64,000 bases of DNA from Andalucia godoyi And28 (lineage: Eukaryota > Protista > Jakobida). The stretch lies in NCBI GenBank assembly GCA_009859145.1, contig VRVR01000055.1:17534-81533 (forward strand), written 5' to 3'. The number at the start of each line of letters is the position of its first letter. The stretch's first letter is position 1. Shown here in pieces: positions 1 through 11,636 of this stretch. The translations under genes were made by a program, and so were the position numbers. The notes beneath the pieces are model-generated. The model had not been told where the DNA came from and did not search any database. It saw nothing but the letters and a program-made list of their open reading frames with translations.

Positions 1-645
1 TGTTGACAATCCAGGATTTTGACAAGGAGAGATGTTTTCAGAATTAATTAAATGAAGTATTAATTTGAGAACGTCGGAATCTTCTTCGAATTCCTCATTT
101 TGTATCGATCTCTTCAATGCTTGGGTAGCGAATTGAAATGTGCCTTTTCACTTTCTCGTTTATTTCAAAAATCGATGCCTTTCGTTTTGCAGTGGTTCGG
201 ACGCTGTTTTGACGTGAGATGTTGAAGAAACCATGATTTGGGAATGGTTGTATAGTCGCGGATACAGACCAGTGTTCAAAACGCACGTGTTTGAGCAAAT
301 TTAGTGAAAATATTTATTGGGCGGCTCACCGCAAATGACCAATCAGTCTTGCATGAGATGAAATTCATATGACAATATCGTTGTACATATTTTGCTTCTG
401 TTGTATGTTGCATTTCGAAAGCGCACAAGGTTCAGTGCACCTCAGCCTTCTTATGACAAACAGAAGACCTTGAAATGTCGATTCGCTTCTCCAAAATCTC
501 GATTTCTTCTTTATTGATGCGATTCTCTGCGTTAGAAAGACACCAGAACATGAGATTGAGGAGGATCCATTCGTTTTACACGATTGAGTAATGACAAGAT
601 GAAAACAAGACAAGATTTGATCCGTGAAGAACGCAACCGCAAACT

Positions 646-1074
646 TTAATTCAGATGGACTATCCCTGTGAACTGCATGGACGCGTACGCGGGTTGGTTG
701 CATGTAATTGAACCCTTGGTGGTGAGGCTGATCACGAGACTGTCGCTGAACAGTGCCGGGGACATTGTGCCGTTGTAATGGCACACGAGGCCAACGTTTC
801 CAACACGAAAGTTGTCCGCAACTGCAGTGAAATTGGCTCCGTCCGTCCACGTGAACGTCCAGTCGAAGTTATTGAAGCGACCGTCGGTCATGCCAATCCC
901 CAAAAACAATATTGGCTGGGCAAGTGGGATGGAGATTTGCGCAAAAACCGCGCGCGTAGGAAGCTGCGAAGGATCATTCAAGATGTCCAATTCCCAGGTA
1001 GTCGCAAACACGCAGCTCACACCGCACAGAAAGAGAGCTCCCAGAAGCAGAGAAAGAATATTCTTGGCGGTCAT
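646..1074 (-). CDS. small secreted hypothetical protein (142 aa)
   Basis: ATG-started ORF with an N-terminal signal-peptide-like segment (KNILSLLLGALFLCGVSCVFA), followed by beta-rich sequence with two Cys and NxT sequons; no family recognised. Confidence 0.55.
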   Translation of the reverse strand: MTAKNILSLLLGALFLCGVSCVFATTWELDILNDPSQLPTRAVFAQISIPLAQPILFLGIGMTDGRFNNFDWTFTWTDGANFTAVADNFRVGNVGLVCHYNGTMSPALFSDSLVISLTTKGSITCNQPAYASMQFTGIVHLN

Positions 1075-1152
1075 GAACGAATTGTTGCAGTACAGGCGAA
1101 GAAAAAAGAACTTTTCTGTACTGAGGCTGAACAGCAGTGATGAACCAATATA

Positions 1153-1219
1153 CTCCTGATTCCTCTGAAAACTCCTAATTGTCCAAAAGTCTTTCCCAAT
1201 TGCCCGCTTTGATCGGGTT
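1153..1219 (+). repeat. left terminal inverted repeat
   Basis: ctcctgattcctctgaaaactcctaattgtccaaaagtctttcccaattgcccgct matches the reverse complement of 3465-3535. Confidence 0.7.
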
Positions 1220-1545
1220 TTTTAAATAAAGACACACCTGAACATTTTATTATAAAACAAAAAGAAAGAAACAAAGAGAGAAAGAGAGAAAAATCACTTC
1301 CCCAACTGTCACCTACCGTTGATGGGGAATGACATGTATTCTGATGTCAAACGACATCACACTGCTGGTTTGTCCTTGATGCTAGCAAACTCCACTTTAC
1401 AGTCTTTTTTGTTTGGATTCCGATTTTCAAAAAACCACTGACGCTTTTCTTCCTGTTCTGTTTTCTTTGATGTTTGCATTCTGCAGCTCTTCTGTGGCGT
1501 CATCCACGTCGTATTATGTGAAATCCTGCTCAATCTTTGAAGTTA

Positions 1546-3431
1546 TTAAGGGCATCTTTCTTTTTCCTGCAGCGACACACCGCTCGGACCAGCGACGTCC
1601 GATTTGCTGACGTACTCCATTCCCCACTGTTTGAATGTTTCTATTGCCGTCAGCTCGGCCTCGTCTCCAGTATGAACATGGTCCAGAATCCGACCTGTTG
1701 TGACGCCCTGGCGATTGATGCACTCCTGGAAAAACTGCCGAGAGTTCTCCCAAGCATGCTCGAAGTGTTCCTGCCAGAGACGTTGTGCTGCTTGGACGAT
1801 CAGTGCAGCGACATTTTCTGGTCTGTGCACGACCTTCGCCGGATCAGTTCCGTGAAGTAGAATTTCAAGATTCCGAAGACCTCTTAGAGAGGATCAAGAA
1901 ACGGAGAATACGGCGGAAGAAACGCCACACGTACATCTCCTGGGATCGTCGCCAGAACCGTATCACGCGCCTTGTGAATTGGACTGTTATCTTGAATCAG
2001 CAGTTGTTGGGCATCATCGCGACGCGGAAGTTGGAGACGCTGTCTCAAGGCCGCGAGCATTTTCGAGAGAAACTGTGCATAGACCGCGCCATTCACTGGC
2101 CCCGTTACACATTCGAAGTGGACGAATCCTGTCCTGTTCATCGCAGCGATCAGAGTGACATTTGGAATATTGGAAATAGATTCGACTGGCAGCAGTGGCC
2201 GACAGCCACGCAGGGAAATTCCTCTCGATGGCAACACACAGACGTTGAACGGACTTTCATCTGCAAAAATGCTGTTGTCGCACTCGGTATGGTAGTCCAT
2301 CAGCATGTTGTTGGCGTAAGCAAACCTCGCTTCAATGACGGATGGGAGATTTCCCATTGTGGGCACAGCATAGAAATCTGCTGCTCGAAAACCAAGCTGG
2401 TTGTGAAGGTTTCGCTGAAGAATCGTTGCGAGCAGCCTTGGAGTTTGGTGTCTCAATTCAGCAGGAAAGACTGTCTGTACTTTTCTAGCCAATTCGGTAT
2501 AGTGTAGGGTGTTGTTGACTGCCTGTTCTCCTGTAGCCTAAAGGATATGCTCATCTGTCAAGATCTTTGGTCTCCTGCATTTAGGATTCGCGGCACCCTG
2601 TGGAACAGGCTTCAAAGCATCTTCGCCGCGGTCCCTTGTCTTTCTCATTCGCGCGTAGCACTTTCGGATGGTCTCAGGTTTGTAACCTAGCATTGCGACA
2701 AGATGACGAACATTCATTTCCTCGGATGTGATTCCAAACCATACCACTTCTTTGTGCGCCTGGCTTATGCAATCTTTGATGTTCTCCGTATTTTGGTTCG
2801 ACAATTCTCCATCATCATCTTGTTTTCCCAGGATATCAGTCGCAGCAATCATTGCGAGTTCTCGGATCCCTGCGCGAGCAATGGACCGTCGAGCAATGAG
2901 CGTTCCGTTCCGCTTCCTTTCTTTCTTCTCATTGTCAGCCTCCCGGTGACGATTCTTCCTTTGGTTCTTGGAGCGAAAATCTTGCAACTGCAAATTTTGG
3001 ATTTCTGGAATATCAGATTGGGTGGGTTGTTGGATGTTTTCGATTCCTTCCGTATTGGACTCCAGAACGCGAGTCTGGAGTGCCGGGTTTTGTAACTGAC
3101 GAGCTTTTGTCACATTCGACCGCTTCAATACAGGGCCTTGTCGTTTACAACGTTTGCCGCCGATGCTGATGGTTGCAGCGGTGTGAATGGACCAGTGATT
3201 ATGGATGGAGACGGGGAGAAGTTGTTGAAGGTGCTGCGGGCTGCAACTGGGAGGTGTTTTGGGATAAATATTGTGGCAATGGTATGTAAATCCTTGTAAC
3301 TGGATTAAATACATACAGAGCAGGCGATCCTGGCGTGCCGGCAGAAGATTGCGTGTTGAATGTTTATTGTGGTTGATATTAAAGTAAACATAGAAAGAAT
3401 TTTCAGAATCAAAAATAAGCTTTGGCGCCAT
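1546..3431 (-). pseudogene. Tc1/IS630-like DDE transposase pseudogene
   Basis: ORFs 2538-3431, 1884-2492 and 1546-1830 join into one protein collinear with the 39346-40575 transposase. There is a TAG at 2538-2540 where the paralog has Trp (HIL*A vs HLLWA), a TAA at 1884-1886 at the catalytic Glu (DPL*E vs DPCEE), then a frameshift near 1830-1840. Confidence 0.85.
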
Positions 3432-3464
3432 CAGGGAGCTTTTGAAATTTACGTGGGTAGCATC

Positions 3465-3535
3465 AAGCCGGACAAACCAGCGAACGATTGGGAAGGACTT
3501 TTGGGCAATTGGGAATTCTCAGAGGAACCAGGGAG
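3465..3535 (-). repeat. right terminal inverted repeat
   Basis: Reverse complement reads ctccctggttcctctgagaattcccaattgcccaaaagtccttcccaatcgttcgct. Confidence 0.7.
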
Positions 3536-3675
3536 GACTTGTGTTTGTTCTTGTTCTACATGCGTCAACCAACATTCAGCTGCTGGACAAATTTCTTTTC
3601 CGTCATTTGCTCGAATTATACTTCTCTTGCGTAATTTCCAATCTATTTCTTCGACTTCCAAACCTTGTTGTGTCC

Positions 3676-6600
3676 ATGCAGTTCATTGTCTTTCTCGTGC
3701 TTTCATTTCTGCTTCTAGTGTCCTCGATATGTTGCATTGTCCGTGGCGCTCCCACACAAATCCCATTTGATGGAAAAATCGGCTTTCTTCCTCAAAACGT
3801 TGCGCGGCGGCTCAAGCAACAACTGTTGCGGGGTGGCGTTGGAAACCATTCGCGTTCATCCCCTGATTCCACACGATGGATGCTGCACGCAACTGTCAGA
3901 AACGGCAGTTGGTGGGCGGGGCTGGAACGACAATTCGATTCAGTGATTCTTGAATTGGTGGAAGACAGCATCTTTGGCTTTGCGACTGGATTGGTCAGTC
4001 AACTTCAACGATGGAAAGAGGATGGTGCAGCATTGGTTGCTGAAGGTAGTCAACCGCATGAACATCGTGCAGGAGTTTCTGGTAAGATTCTCCAGAAATC
4101 GAAAGGTGTTCGATTGCCATCTCGGACGTCAGTTGTGACACTGATAGGTGAAACACTTCCTGTTAAGAAGCTCGATCGACAAGTGCATTTTCTTCCCGCG
4201 AAATTCAAAAATGCTGCCAATCTACTGTCTATGAATAGAATGAATGTCGCGACGCATGCCGAAGCGAATCGGACTTTCAGGTCTGTTTCGTATGCCCCCC
4301 GGATTGTGTTGTACTTGTTGATTTGTACATGAACACTAATGGGCCAAACTGGTCCCCGATCAACTGGGGACAGTCCTTGCCGCTGAATTTCTCGACTGCT
4401 TGCTGTTCTCCGCCGCTTGGTGGATATCAATGCGATTCGTTTGGAAGAATTTTGAAAATTGGTTTGCTTAGAAATCGCTTAAATGGTTCGATTCCAGAAT
4501 CATTGGGTAATTTGTCAGATTTGGTGGACCTTCGCTTAAATTCCAACTCTCTCTCTGGGAGTATTCCTGATTCTGTGTGGAATTTGGAGCAATTGATCCA
4601 CCTAGATCTGAGCGATAACGCACTGACCAGCGGAATTTCTGCAAATGCGGGGACGTTGGTGCACTTGCAGTACCTTGATTTGGACACGAATATGCTTACT
4701 GGATCGATTCCGTCGTCACTGAGCAATCTGATGCAGCTTCAGCACTTGGTGCTGTATTCCAACCTTCTTACTGGACCAATTCCAGAATCTCTTGGACAAC
4801 TGACGCAGCTTCAATATTTGTATTTGGATTCCAATCAACTCTCCGGTTCAATTCCAGAGTCTCTGGGTGATTTGCTACTGCTTCAGGACCTGGATTTGGA
4901 TTCCAATCAGCTGACAGGATCGATCCCTGAATCGCTTGGCAATCTATCTCAGCTTCAGTTTCTGATACTGAGTTCCAACCAGTTGAATGGTTCGATTCCA
5001 TTCTCGCTGGGGGACTTGTTTCAACTTCAAATGATGGATTTGGCTTTCAACAAACTAACTGGACCAATTCCTGCTTCACTCGGTAATTTATTCTTGCTCG
5101 AGACGCTTTTCCTGAATGATAACGACCTATCGGATGAGTTGAACTGCATATCATTCGGTCAGAGGATGAAGACGGTGAATTTGCAGGGAAATTCTCTCGT
5201 TGGTCCAATACCCTCGTGTTTTTGCGATCAAAATAGATTGACATTTGCATATTTAGGAAACAACTTATTTACGTCATTTCCGAATTGTTCACTGTCAACT
5301 TTAATCCACTTAGATTTAGCCAATAATCGCCTTTCCTCGTTCCCTTTCGCCATCATTTCGAAGTTTTCATCTCTTTTATCCCTTGATGTAAGTTTCAACC
5401 ATTTTTCTGGAAGATTTCCGTTAGATCTATTCGTAGCAAACTCTCCATTGCGATCTCTCTCGCTTGCTTACAATGATTTCAACGATGCATTCCCCTTGTA
5501 TGTTTGTAATTATGCCATATCATTTGGAGAAGTCGTTGTGTCCGCAACAAATTTGGAGAGTTTAGATATTTCTGGCAACACAATCACGGGGGATTCGGGG
5601 AATAATTGACTACACTTTGTGTTCTTACTGCAACGAATCCAAAGTTTATTCGCTTACATCACTCAAAATGAAGGACTCTGGTCTTCCGTCTCTGTTTCGA
5701 TCATTTTCATTCGAACACGTTGGCGGTGCATGTTCTCTGCTACCGCTTTCATTCTTTCATATTCTTCCATTTCTCAATGGCCTTTCATCTTTAGATGTTT
5801 CTCCGAACGATCTTTCTATAGGTCTCGACGCAGTGCTGTCAATTCCATTACTTTCGTCGTTTGACATTCGAAACAATTCTAACGCGCGGAAATCGACGCT
5901 CTCATTTGTCAATCAACAACTATTCTCATACGACCCTACAACCAACTATCCATTCAGCACAAGCATGTCATGTGTGCAGGCAAAGGTCGGTCGACTTGCA
6001 TTCCAGGCGGATCCGGTGTTTTTTGACTATGAAAACTGTGTTTGTCGACCTGGATTCTATGGCAAGCCGCCAAATTGCACGCGATGTTTGTCCAATGCGG
6101 ATTGTTCTTTCAGCAATGAAGCGGACATTCCGTATGGAAACATATCCATTGCTTTCCGAGAGATTGGGAATATCATTGCACAAAAGGGATACTACGCATC
6201 TCCTCCTGTGACGTACACAGAGATGATGGACAACCAATCCTATCCTACGTCCATGGAGATTTGTTCGTTGGCTGGAACCGATTTGACTCCCTGTGCTGCA
6301 ACTCCAGCAGGTCCTTGCAAGACTGGGTATGAAGGAAGACTGTGTTCTGCCTGTTCGTCAGGGTATTTTCGCACTGGAGACCGATGCGCAGTATGCCCGA
6401 ACTCGGTTGGCCTAACGTTTTTCGCCATGTTTGCAGTCCTCACAGTGATCGGATTAGTGGCGTGGTCCTTCTTGTCCGGCTCTTCTTCTTCCGGACTTGT
6501 CAAGATGGTGCTGTTCTTTTGGCAAGCGCTGTTCTTCATCCGCGCCCCAATGCCAAATGGAATGTACCTCTTCACACACGGAGCGTCATCCATGACGACG

Positions 6601-7494
6601 ATGACAATCGCTGGACCAGAATGCTTCTTCGATTCCTGGGATTACATGTCGAATTTCATCTTGTCGGTGATAGCTCCTGTGATTGCAGTCTGGCTTGTTG
6701 CGTTCATTTGGCTTGTTGGAGCGCTTCGTTTGCGGCGATCTTCTCTTTCGTCGAAAATCGCATGGTTCGACCGATGCCGCCGTTCTGCCATTTTCTTGTT
6801 CCTCTTTCTTTTCATGTCTGCTGTCTCCGCTATTCTTGCGTCATTGTCGTGCACCGCAGATGTCGGCGACGGCAAGTCGTACCTCATCTTCTATCCAAAT
6901 GAGGGATGTTCGAAAGTTCTGCAAGGGAAATCTTCCGTCCTTCTTGTTGTGTACGTATTCGCAATTCCAGGTGGCCTGTCTTATCTTGTCTGGCGTAGTG
7001 GTGTCTTTTCCAAGAATGCAAAATCGGATACACGCAGCATGTACGTCTACTCGTTGCTTTTTGGTTCGTACCGACATGATAGACGATGGTGGGAGTTTGT
7101 TGTAGTCCTGCGTCGAGTGCTGTTTGTGGCTGCATATGTTACAATCTCTCCTCTCTCTGAGTACCGCACTATGTTGGTTGCATCTGTTTTAGTTGCAGCT
7201 GTGGGTGCTCAAGCCATCGCTACGCCGTACCATCGTTCTGCCGAGAATTCTTTCGAAATCATCTCACTTGGAATCTTGCTTGTCAATCTCGTATGTTCCG
7301 TGCAATCGCAAGTTCTTGCCGTACAGGACATTGATGAAGCGGGTACGCTCGTGTTTCTCATGAACGTCGGGTTTTCAATTGTTGTTATTGCGATGTTGGC
7401 CGTGCACTTTCAACAACGATTGCTGAAGAAGAAAAGATTGAATGGAGATGCGTCGCTTACCGAAAGCTTTCTCGAGCAGAATGGAACACTATAG
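3676..7494 (+). pseudogene. LRR / Cys-rich / multi-TM receptor-like protein, copy 1, split by two homopolymer frameshifts (pseudogene, switchable allele or sequencing error)
   Basis: ORFs 3442-4332 (from ATG 3676, signal peptide), 4323-5609 (10 plant-type LxLxxNxLxGxIP repeats) and 5617-7494 (Cys-rich plus ~9 hydrophobic segments) are collinear with intact paralog 51334-55227. Frame changes fall in C6 (4295-4300) and G5 (5587-5591). Confidence 0.8.
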
Positions 7495-7678
7495 ATAGCA
7501 GAAACGCAATTCTTGATCACAAACTGCATGCTGATCTCGGTTCTTATGTAGGTTGGACTTCTTTGCACTGCATTGAATTTGAAGTTGAGATGATGTGAAA
7601 ACGTCGCGCTTCCAAATTCTGTATTCAGCAGGACCATGAACTGTATCGGACATAAATCATGTTACACCCAAGCCCCCG

Positions 7679-8839
7679 TTATGTAAACATCCGCAATTGA
7701 ACAGAAAGCGTCAATTCGACGAATGCTAAATCATAATGACGGTGTCGCCGTTGCCACAGGAAAAGCTTTCCGTTTTCCGGATTCGCTGACGGAGACCCGT
7801 ACACTCCCATGTTGCCACTGAGACTCTGATCCGAGAGAGGCTGATCCAAGTGAGAGAAAACGTCGCTTCCACGGAAAGCAAATTCTGTTAGAGCATTCTG
7901 GGGGGCTGAAACAACAGATTCCCAGTTCGTCCTGCTGCTTTTTGATTTCGTCAACGGAGCGGGATTCACCAGGATGACAACTCCGTCGTTGTGGGACGCA
8001 GTATCGACAACAGGTGCTGGTGTCGGTTGTGATCGCTGATGACGACGGCGGTTTGACTTTTTCCCGCTATGCACTTCGTATTCGGACAACTCTTCTTCCA
8101 AATTGCGTTCGGAGTCGAAAGCATCACTCTCCACAAATTCGTCCCAGTACCGGCACATTTCATCGTTTTCAAAGAATCGAGGAGCTTCAAACTTGATTTC
8201 GTACAAATCTCGGTCATACGAGATGCGATCGATCACTTGAGTAAACGCCAAATGCTTCCATTCCGACGTTCCTTCAACAATCGTCTTCCAAAACAGCGTA
8301 GCATTCTCGCCTTTGTGTTCACTTGTTGTTTTCGAATACAACTCGTCCATTGCACGGGCAAGGGAGATGTTGACAGCCGTTCCGAACGGCGAGTCCAGTA
8401 ACGGCTCATTCCAGAGAAATCGATACTTGATTTGGACTGGATTGGATTGCAGTAGACGTCCTGCAATTGAGTGAGTATTCCCATTCTGGTGCTCTTTGGA
8501 TCTTCTCGGATTGGACACACTGGAGAACATCGATTCAACCACGCTATGAGAGAACATGGATGATATCCCATTTTGCCCAGGATTGACAGGTGAATGGTGG
8601 ATCAGAATCCTTTCCAAATTCCTTGTGACATGCCGGGATACGACATTCGACAAGAATTGGCAAAGAACTGACTGGTCATTTGGACGTTGCATTCTGTCCA
8701 AGAAAAGTCCCGGTGGTTTCGGTAGCTGAAGGTGGAACGGGTCTTCGTTCTCGACACTTCCTGAGGCCAGAGAATCATGCGAACCGAGAAGGACGCAAAC
8801 GAGCAAGACGATCGGAGTCCATGGAAATGAGAATCGCAT
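7679..8839 (-). CDS. secreted hypothetical protein (386 aa)
   Basis: ATG start and signal peptide (MRFSFPWTPIVLLVCVLLGS); a degenerate paralog at 31586-32390 confirms a coding origin. Confidence 0.75.
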   Translation of the reverse strand: MRFSFPWTPIVLLVCVLLGSHDSLASGSVENEDPFHLQLPKPPGLFLDRMQRPNDQSVLCQFLSNVVSRHVTRNLERILIHHSPVNPGQNGISSMFSHSVVESMFSSVSNPRRSKEHQNGNTHSIAGRLLQSNPVQIKYRFLWNEPLLDSPFGTAVNISLARAMDELYSKTTSEHKGENATLFWKTIVEGTSEWKHLAFTQVIDRISYDRDLYEIKFEAPRFFENDEMCRYWDEFVESDAFDSERNLEEELSEYEVHSGKKSNRRRHQRSQPTPAPVVDTASHNDGVVILVNPAPLTKSKSSRTNWESVVSAPQNALTEFAFRGSDVFSHLDQPLSDQSLSGNMGVYGSPSANPENGKLFLWQRRHRHYDLAFVELTLSVQLRMFT

Positions 8840-9066
8840 CTCTGCGTTATGGTGCGTGCTCCGTTGACCACTCGTTGCGGAATGAAGATGTCACAAGTCG
8901 CAGTTAAAAGAAAAGTTGCTGCAATCTTGGGGCAGTGAGACGGAACGGAAAAGTGAGTCGTCATCCTTGCTATCCCGAGACACGTACTCAAGTGCGACCA
9001 AATCCACAAAACTCGGAAATCATGTTCGAGAAGTCAAGTTTTCTGTTTCCCTCCTGAATTTTCCAA

Positions 9067-10161
9067 ATGTCCTCCAACGACGATAATGCAGAGCAATCCT
9101 CTTTAGACGATGAATCTGAGGATCAGAGATCGTCGGATGAAGAGTTTGCTCCTCCTGTAGCAAAGATTGTTCGGAAAGGAGAGTGCCGCGCTTCTTGTCA
9201 CCCAACTGATCCACACCATGTTTTGTTTTCCCTCTCGAAATCCAGACTTTTGTATCTTCGCGAGCATCCGCGATCGTCCTGTTTCACTGTTCTTAAGTAT
9301 CGAGGATTTGGCCATTTCGAACTCACGCGATTGTCGTGTCTTTACTCGTCGAAGCCCATCGAGAGCGCAGCGGATTGCATTTCCGCTTCTGGGGAGGGAA
9401 TTGACAAATCCATTGAACATCTCGAAAGGTGGAATTCTACGGCCCTCATGCGGGGAACTCCGAAAAGCATTTCGTCGAAACCCATCACTCAGAGATTACG
9501 CAGTCTTCTCAAATCCTCTTCATTCGAGCAAAAACCGGCGAAGCGCTGGATGAATCCCCAATTCATCGCCTCTGTCAAAGACTTTTACGAAGCGCATCTC
9601 GTGTTTCCAGAGGTTGCTCGATGTCTCCGTGAACTTTCTCCTGCGTTCTATCGAGGAAAGATGAAGTTCATGTGCGATATTTCCATTTGGATGGGCGTCA
9701 TTGAGTATTTTGTCATCAAACACTGTGCTGTCTCGTTTTACTTTACACTGGTCGAGCGATCCGGAACCGAGGATGCGACGAAAAAGAATGAACTCACAAC
9801 GAAATTAGAAGACGAAATGCGCAATACGGACGGAATTTTGAACTCGTTGCGACAGTTTCGGTCCATTATCATTGAGGATCTGGAACTTATGATGCGTTCT
9901 GTCCAACTTGTCTGCCAAGATCGTCTGTTGAAATTTCAGGATTTTCCTCAAGAAGAGTTGATGCTTGAATGGTGGCAAATGGAAGAAGTCTGGAAATTGC
10001 GCACTCAGGTCACGGGGTTCCTCTGTCGTGTCAGAGAATTGAGACCTTCATCACCTATCCAACCTGGAGATGTTGCTTCTGAGACAGATGTGATGCACTA
10101 TCTCCTGCAAAATGGTCGATGCGCGTTTCTCGTTCCATACTTTTGTTGCGATAGATTGTGA
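9067..10161 (+). CDS. hypothetical protein (364 aa), acidic N-terminus, helical C-terminus
   Basis: Long ATG-started ORF with protein-like composition; no motif recognised. Confidence 0.65.
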   Translation: MSSNDDNAEQSSLDDESEDQRSSDEEFAPPVAKIVRKGECRASCHPTDPHHVLFSLSKSRLLYLREHPRSSCFTVLKYRGFGHFELTRLSCLYSSKPIESAADCISASGEGIDKSIEHLERWNSTALMRGTPKSISSKPITQRLRSLLKSSSFEQKPAKRWMNPQFIASVKDFYEAHLVFPEVARCLRELSPAFYRGKMKFMCDISIWMGVIEYFVIKHCAVSFYFTLVERSGTEDATKKNELTTKLEDEMRNTDGILNSLRQFRSIIIEDLELMMRSVQLVCQDRLLKFQDFPQEELMLEWWQMEEVWKLRTQVTGFLCRVRELRPSSPIQPGDVASETDVMHYLLQNGRCAFLVPYFCCDRL

Positions 10162-10651
10162 CGCGTATGAGAACAGAATCTTGAATCCGGGAAAACTGAT
10201 CAGAGGCTTTGAAGTTTCGCTGAATATGAGGGGACGATGGAAGTGGTGCCAGACCCGCACTTGCGCGTTCAGGTTGGGAATCTCTGAAATGCCACCAATG
10301 TTGTGGGGCGTCCTATGCAACAGCTTCGCAAATGGTCGTTTTGTGTATGAGAAACCCAATCCTTGCCGACTTTTGACTTGTCACTCTTCAGCAGGATGCT
10401 GACAATTCGTGATTAAAACCTTGTCCAGCTGTAACCAATTTTCAGAAACTCATCCTTCGGGCGCCAAAAAATTCCCGACAGCCACAGTTGGTGGCAGCAA
10501 GTTTTGCTTCTCCATCAAGGATGCGCTCCAAAATTTGATAGTGATTTTGTAAGTCTCTAACAAACAACAAGCATATCTTCGTTTCCATTTCCTTTTGATT
10601 TTCAGCAGCGCTCAGAATAATGTTCAAAACACTCACTGTTGCTCAGTTTCT

Positions 10652-11368
10652 ATGACGACAAACAATTGCCTGACCATCGAAAATGTATTCATCCATCGTG
10701 CCATTCCTGTCTGCGATTCGCTCGAAGAGTATCTTGGGAATCCTGGCAACGCTGTAGCCCTCTCAACCAACTTTCCGTCCATCCTTGGTCGGTTCGATAT
10801 ACCCTGGAACGTGGATACACCGGATCTTGCGCGTCAAATGATTGATTTGCTTGCGGAACTTCTTGCATACGTTGATATTCAAGTTGATCATTACTTTACT
10901 CACCACGGCGAATTTATGCCATTTACTTGTGTGTCGATTTCTACCATCTTGGGTCACTTGCATCAGAGCGTGGGGTCGTCTATGTGTATCCTTGTGAAGA
11001 ATCTTGTGAAAGAGAATCGAAGTCCCACTTCGATTGTGCAACGATCGTTCAAAGAGTGGCATGCGTTGGTCCAAGAGTATAACTACGTCATCAAAATGCT
11101 GGACTATGCACAAATTTCTAACGCGCACACAACGAAAGAATTGTTGCGCGCCTTGTTGTTAGCGGACAGAGTGATCGATGAGTCCAGCATCCGAAAGGCA
11201 GTAATTCGGATTCAGCAATCTGATACTCGCGTGGAGCCGCTGTCAACTCCCTTGGGTACTTCTCCCCGTCGCGCTCTCTGCATTCAAAACGATCATGATT
11301 GCTGTCTGTGTTTGAAACCCTTGACAAACGCTGCTAAACTTTTCGAGAAGTTCCGTCCGACGTGGTAG
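10652..11368 (+). CDS. hypothetical protein (~238 aa)
   Basis: ORF 10595-11368, first in-frame ATG at 10652; C-terminal CCLC cluster; no family recognised. Confidence 0.55.
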   Translation: MTTNNCLTIENVFIHRAIPVCDSLEEYLGNPGNAVALSTNFPSILGRFDIPWNVDTPDLARQMIDLLAELLAYVDIQVDHYFTHHGEFMPFTCVSISTILGHLHQSVGSSMCILVKNLVKENRSPTSIVQRSFKEWHALVQEYNYVIKMLDYAQISNAHTTKELLRALLLADRVIDESSIRKAVIRIQQSDTRVEPLSTPLGTSPRRALCIQNDHDCCLCLKPLTNAAKLFEKFRPTW

Positions 11369-11636
11369 TTGCAAACAATGTGCTCAAAGGGGGAATGATA
11401 ATGAGAAGATTCTGAGTACGGATTGCTGCAGAAGGGACTAGTTTGCATGCAACCGATGACTGCTGTCAAAACTTCTCTTCAAGTCTTGCCATATACTGAA
11501 CCAATCTTCGGTGTAAACAGTTATCAGTGGTTTGCGAGTGTGATGCGTCACCCAATATGTTAGACTCCGGATTGCCATCTTTTTCCATGACCACAGGCAT
11601 TTACAGTCTCGGAGGAGAGGAAAAACTACCAAAAAA

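Larger units (their letters stand above)
1153..3535 (-). mobile_element. decayed Tc1/IS630-superfamily (DD34E) DNA transposon, ~2.4 kb, with terminal inverted repeats
   Basis: Transposase remnants (FADES, QDNSPIH, LPPYSPFLDP) lie between two imperfect inverted repeats (1153-~1219 and ~3465-3535, 47/57 identical in the core by hand alignment). The left end is preceded by TA (1151-1152); the right end is followed by GA. Confidence 0.65.

Noticed and set aside
95-640. ORFs 95-298 and 365-850
   Set aside because: Short or alternative-start ORFs overlapping a better-supported gene; no motifs.
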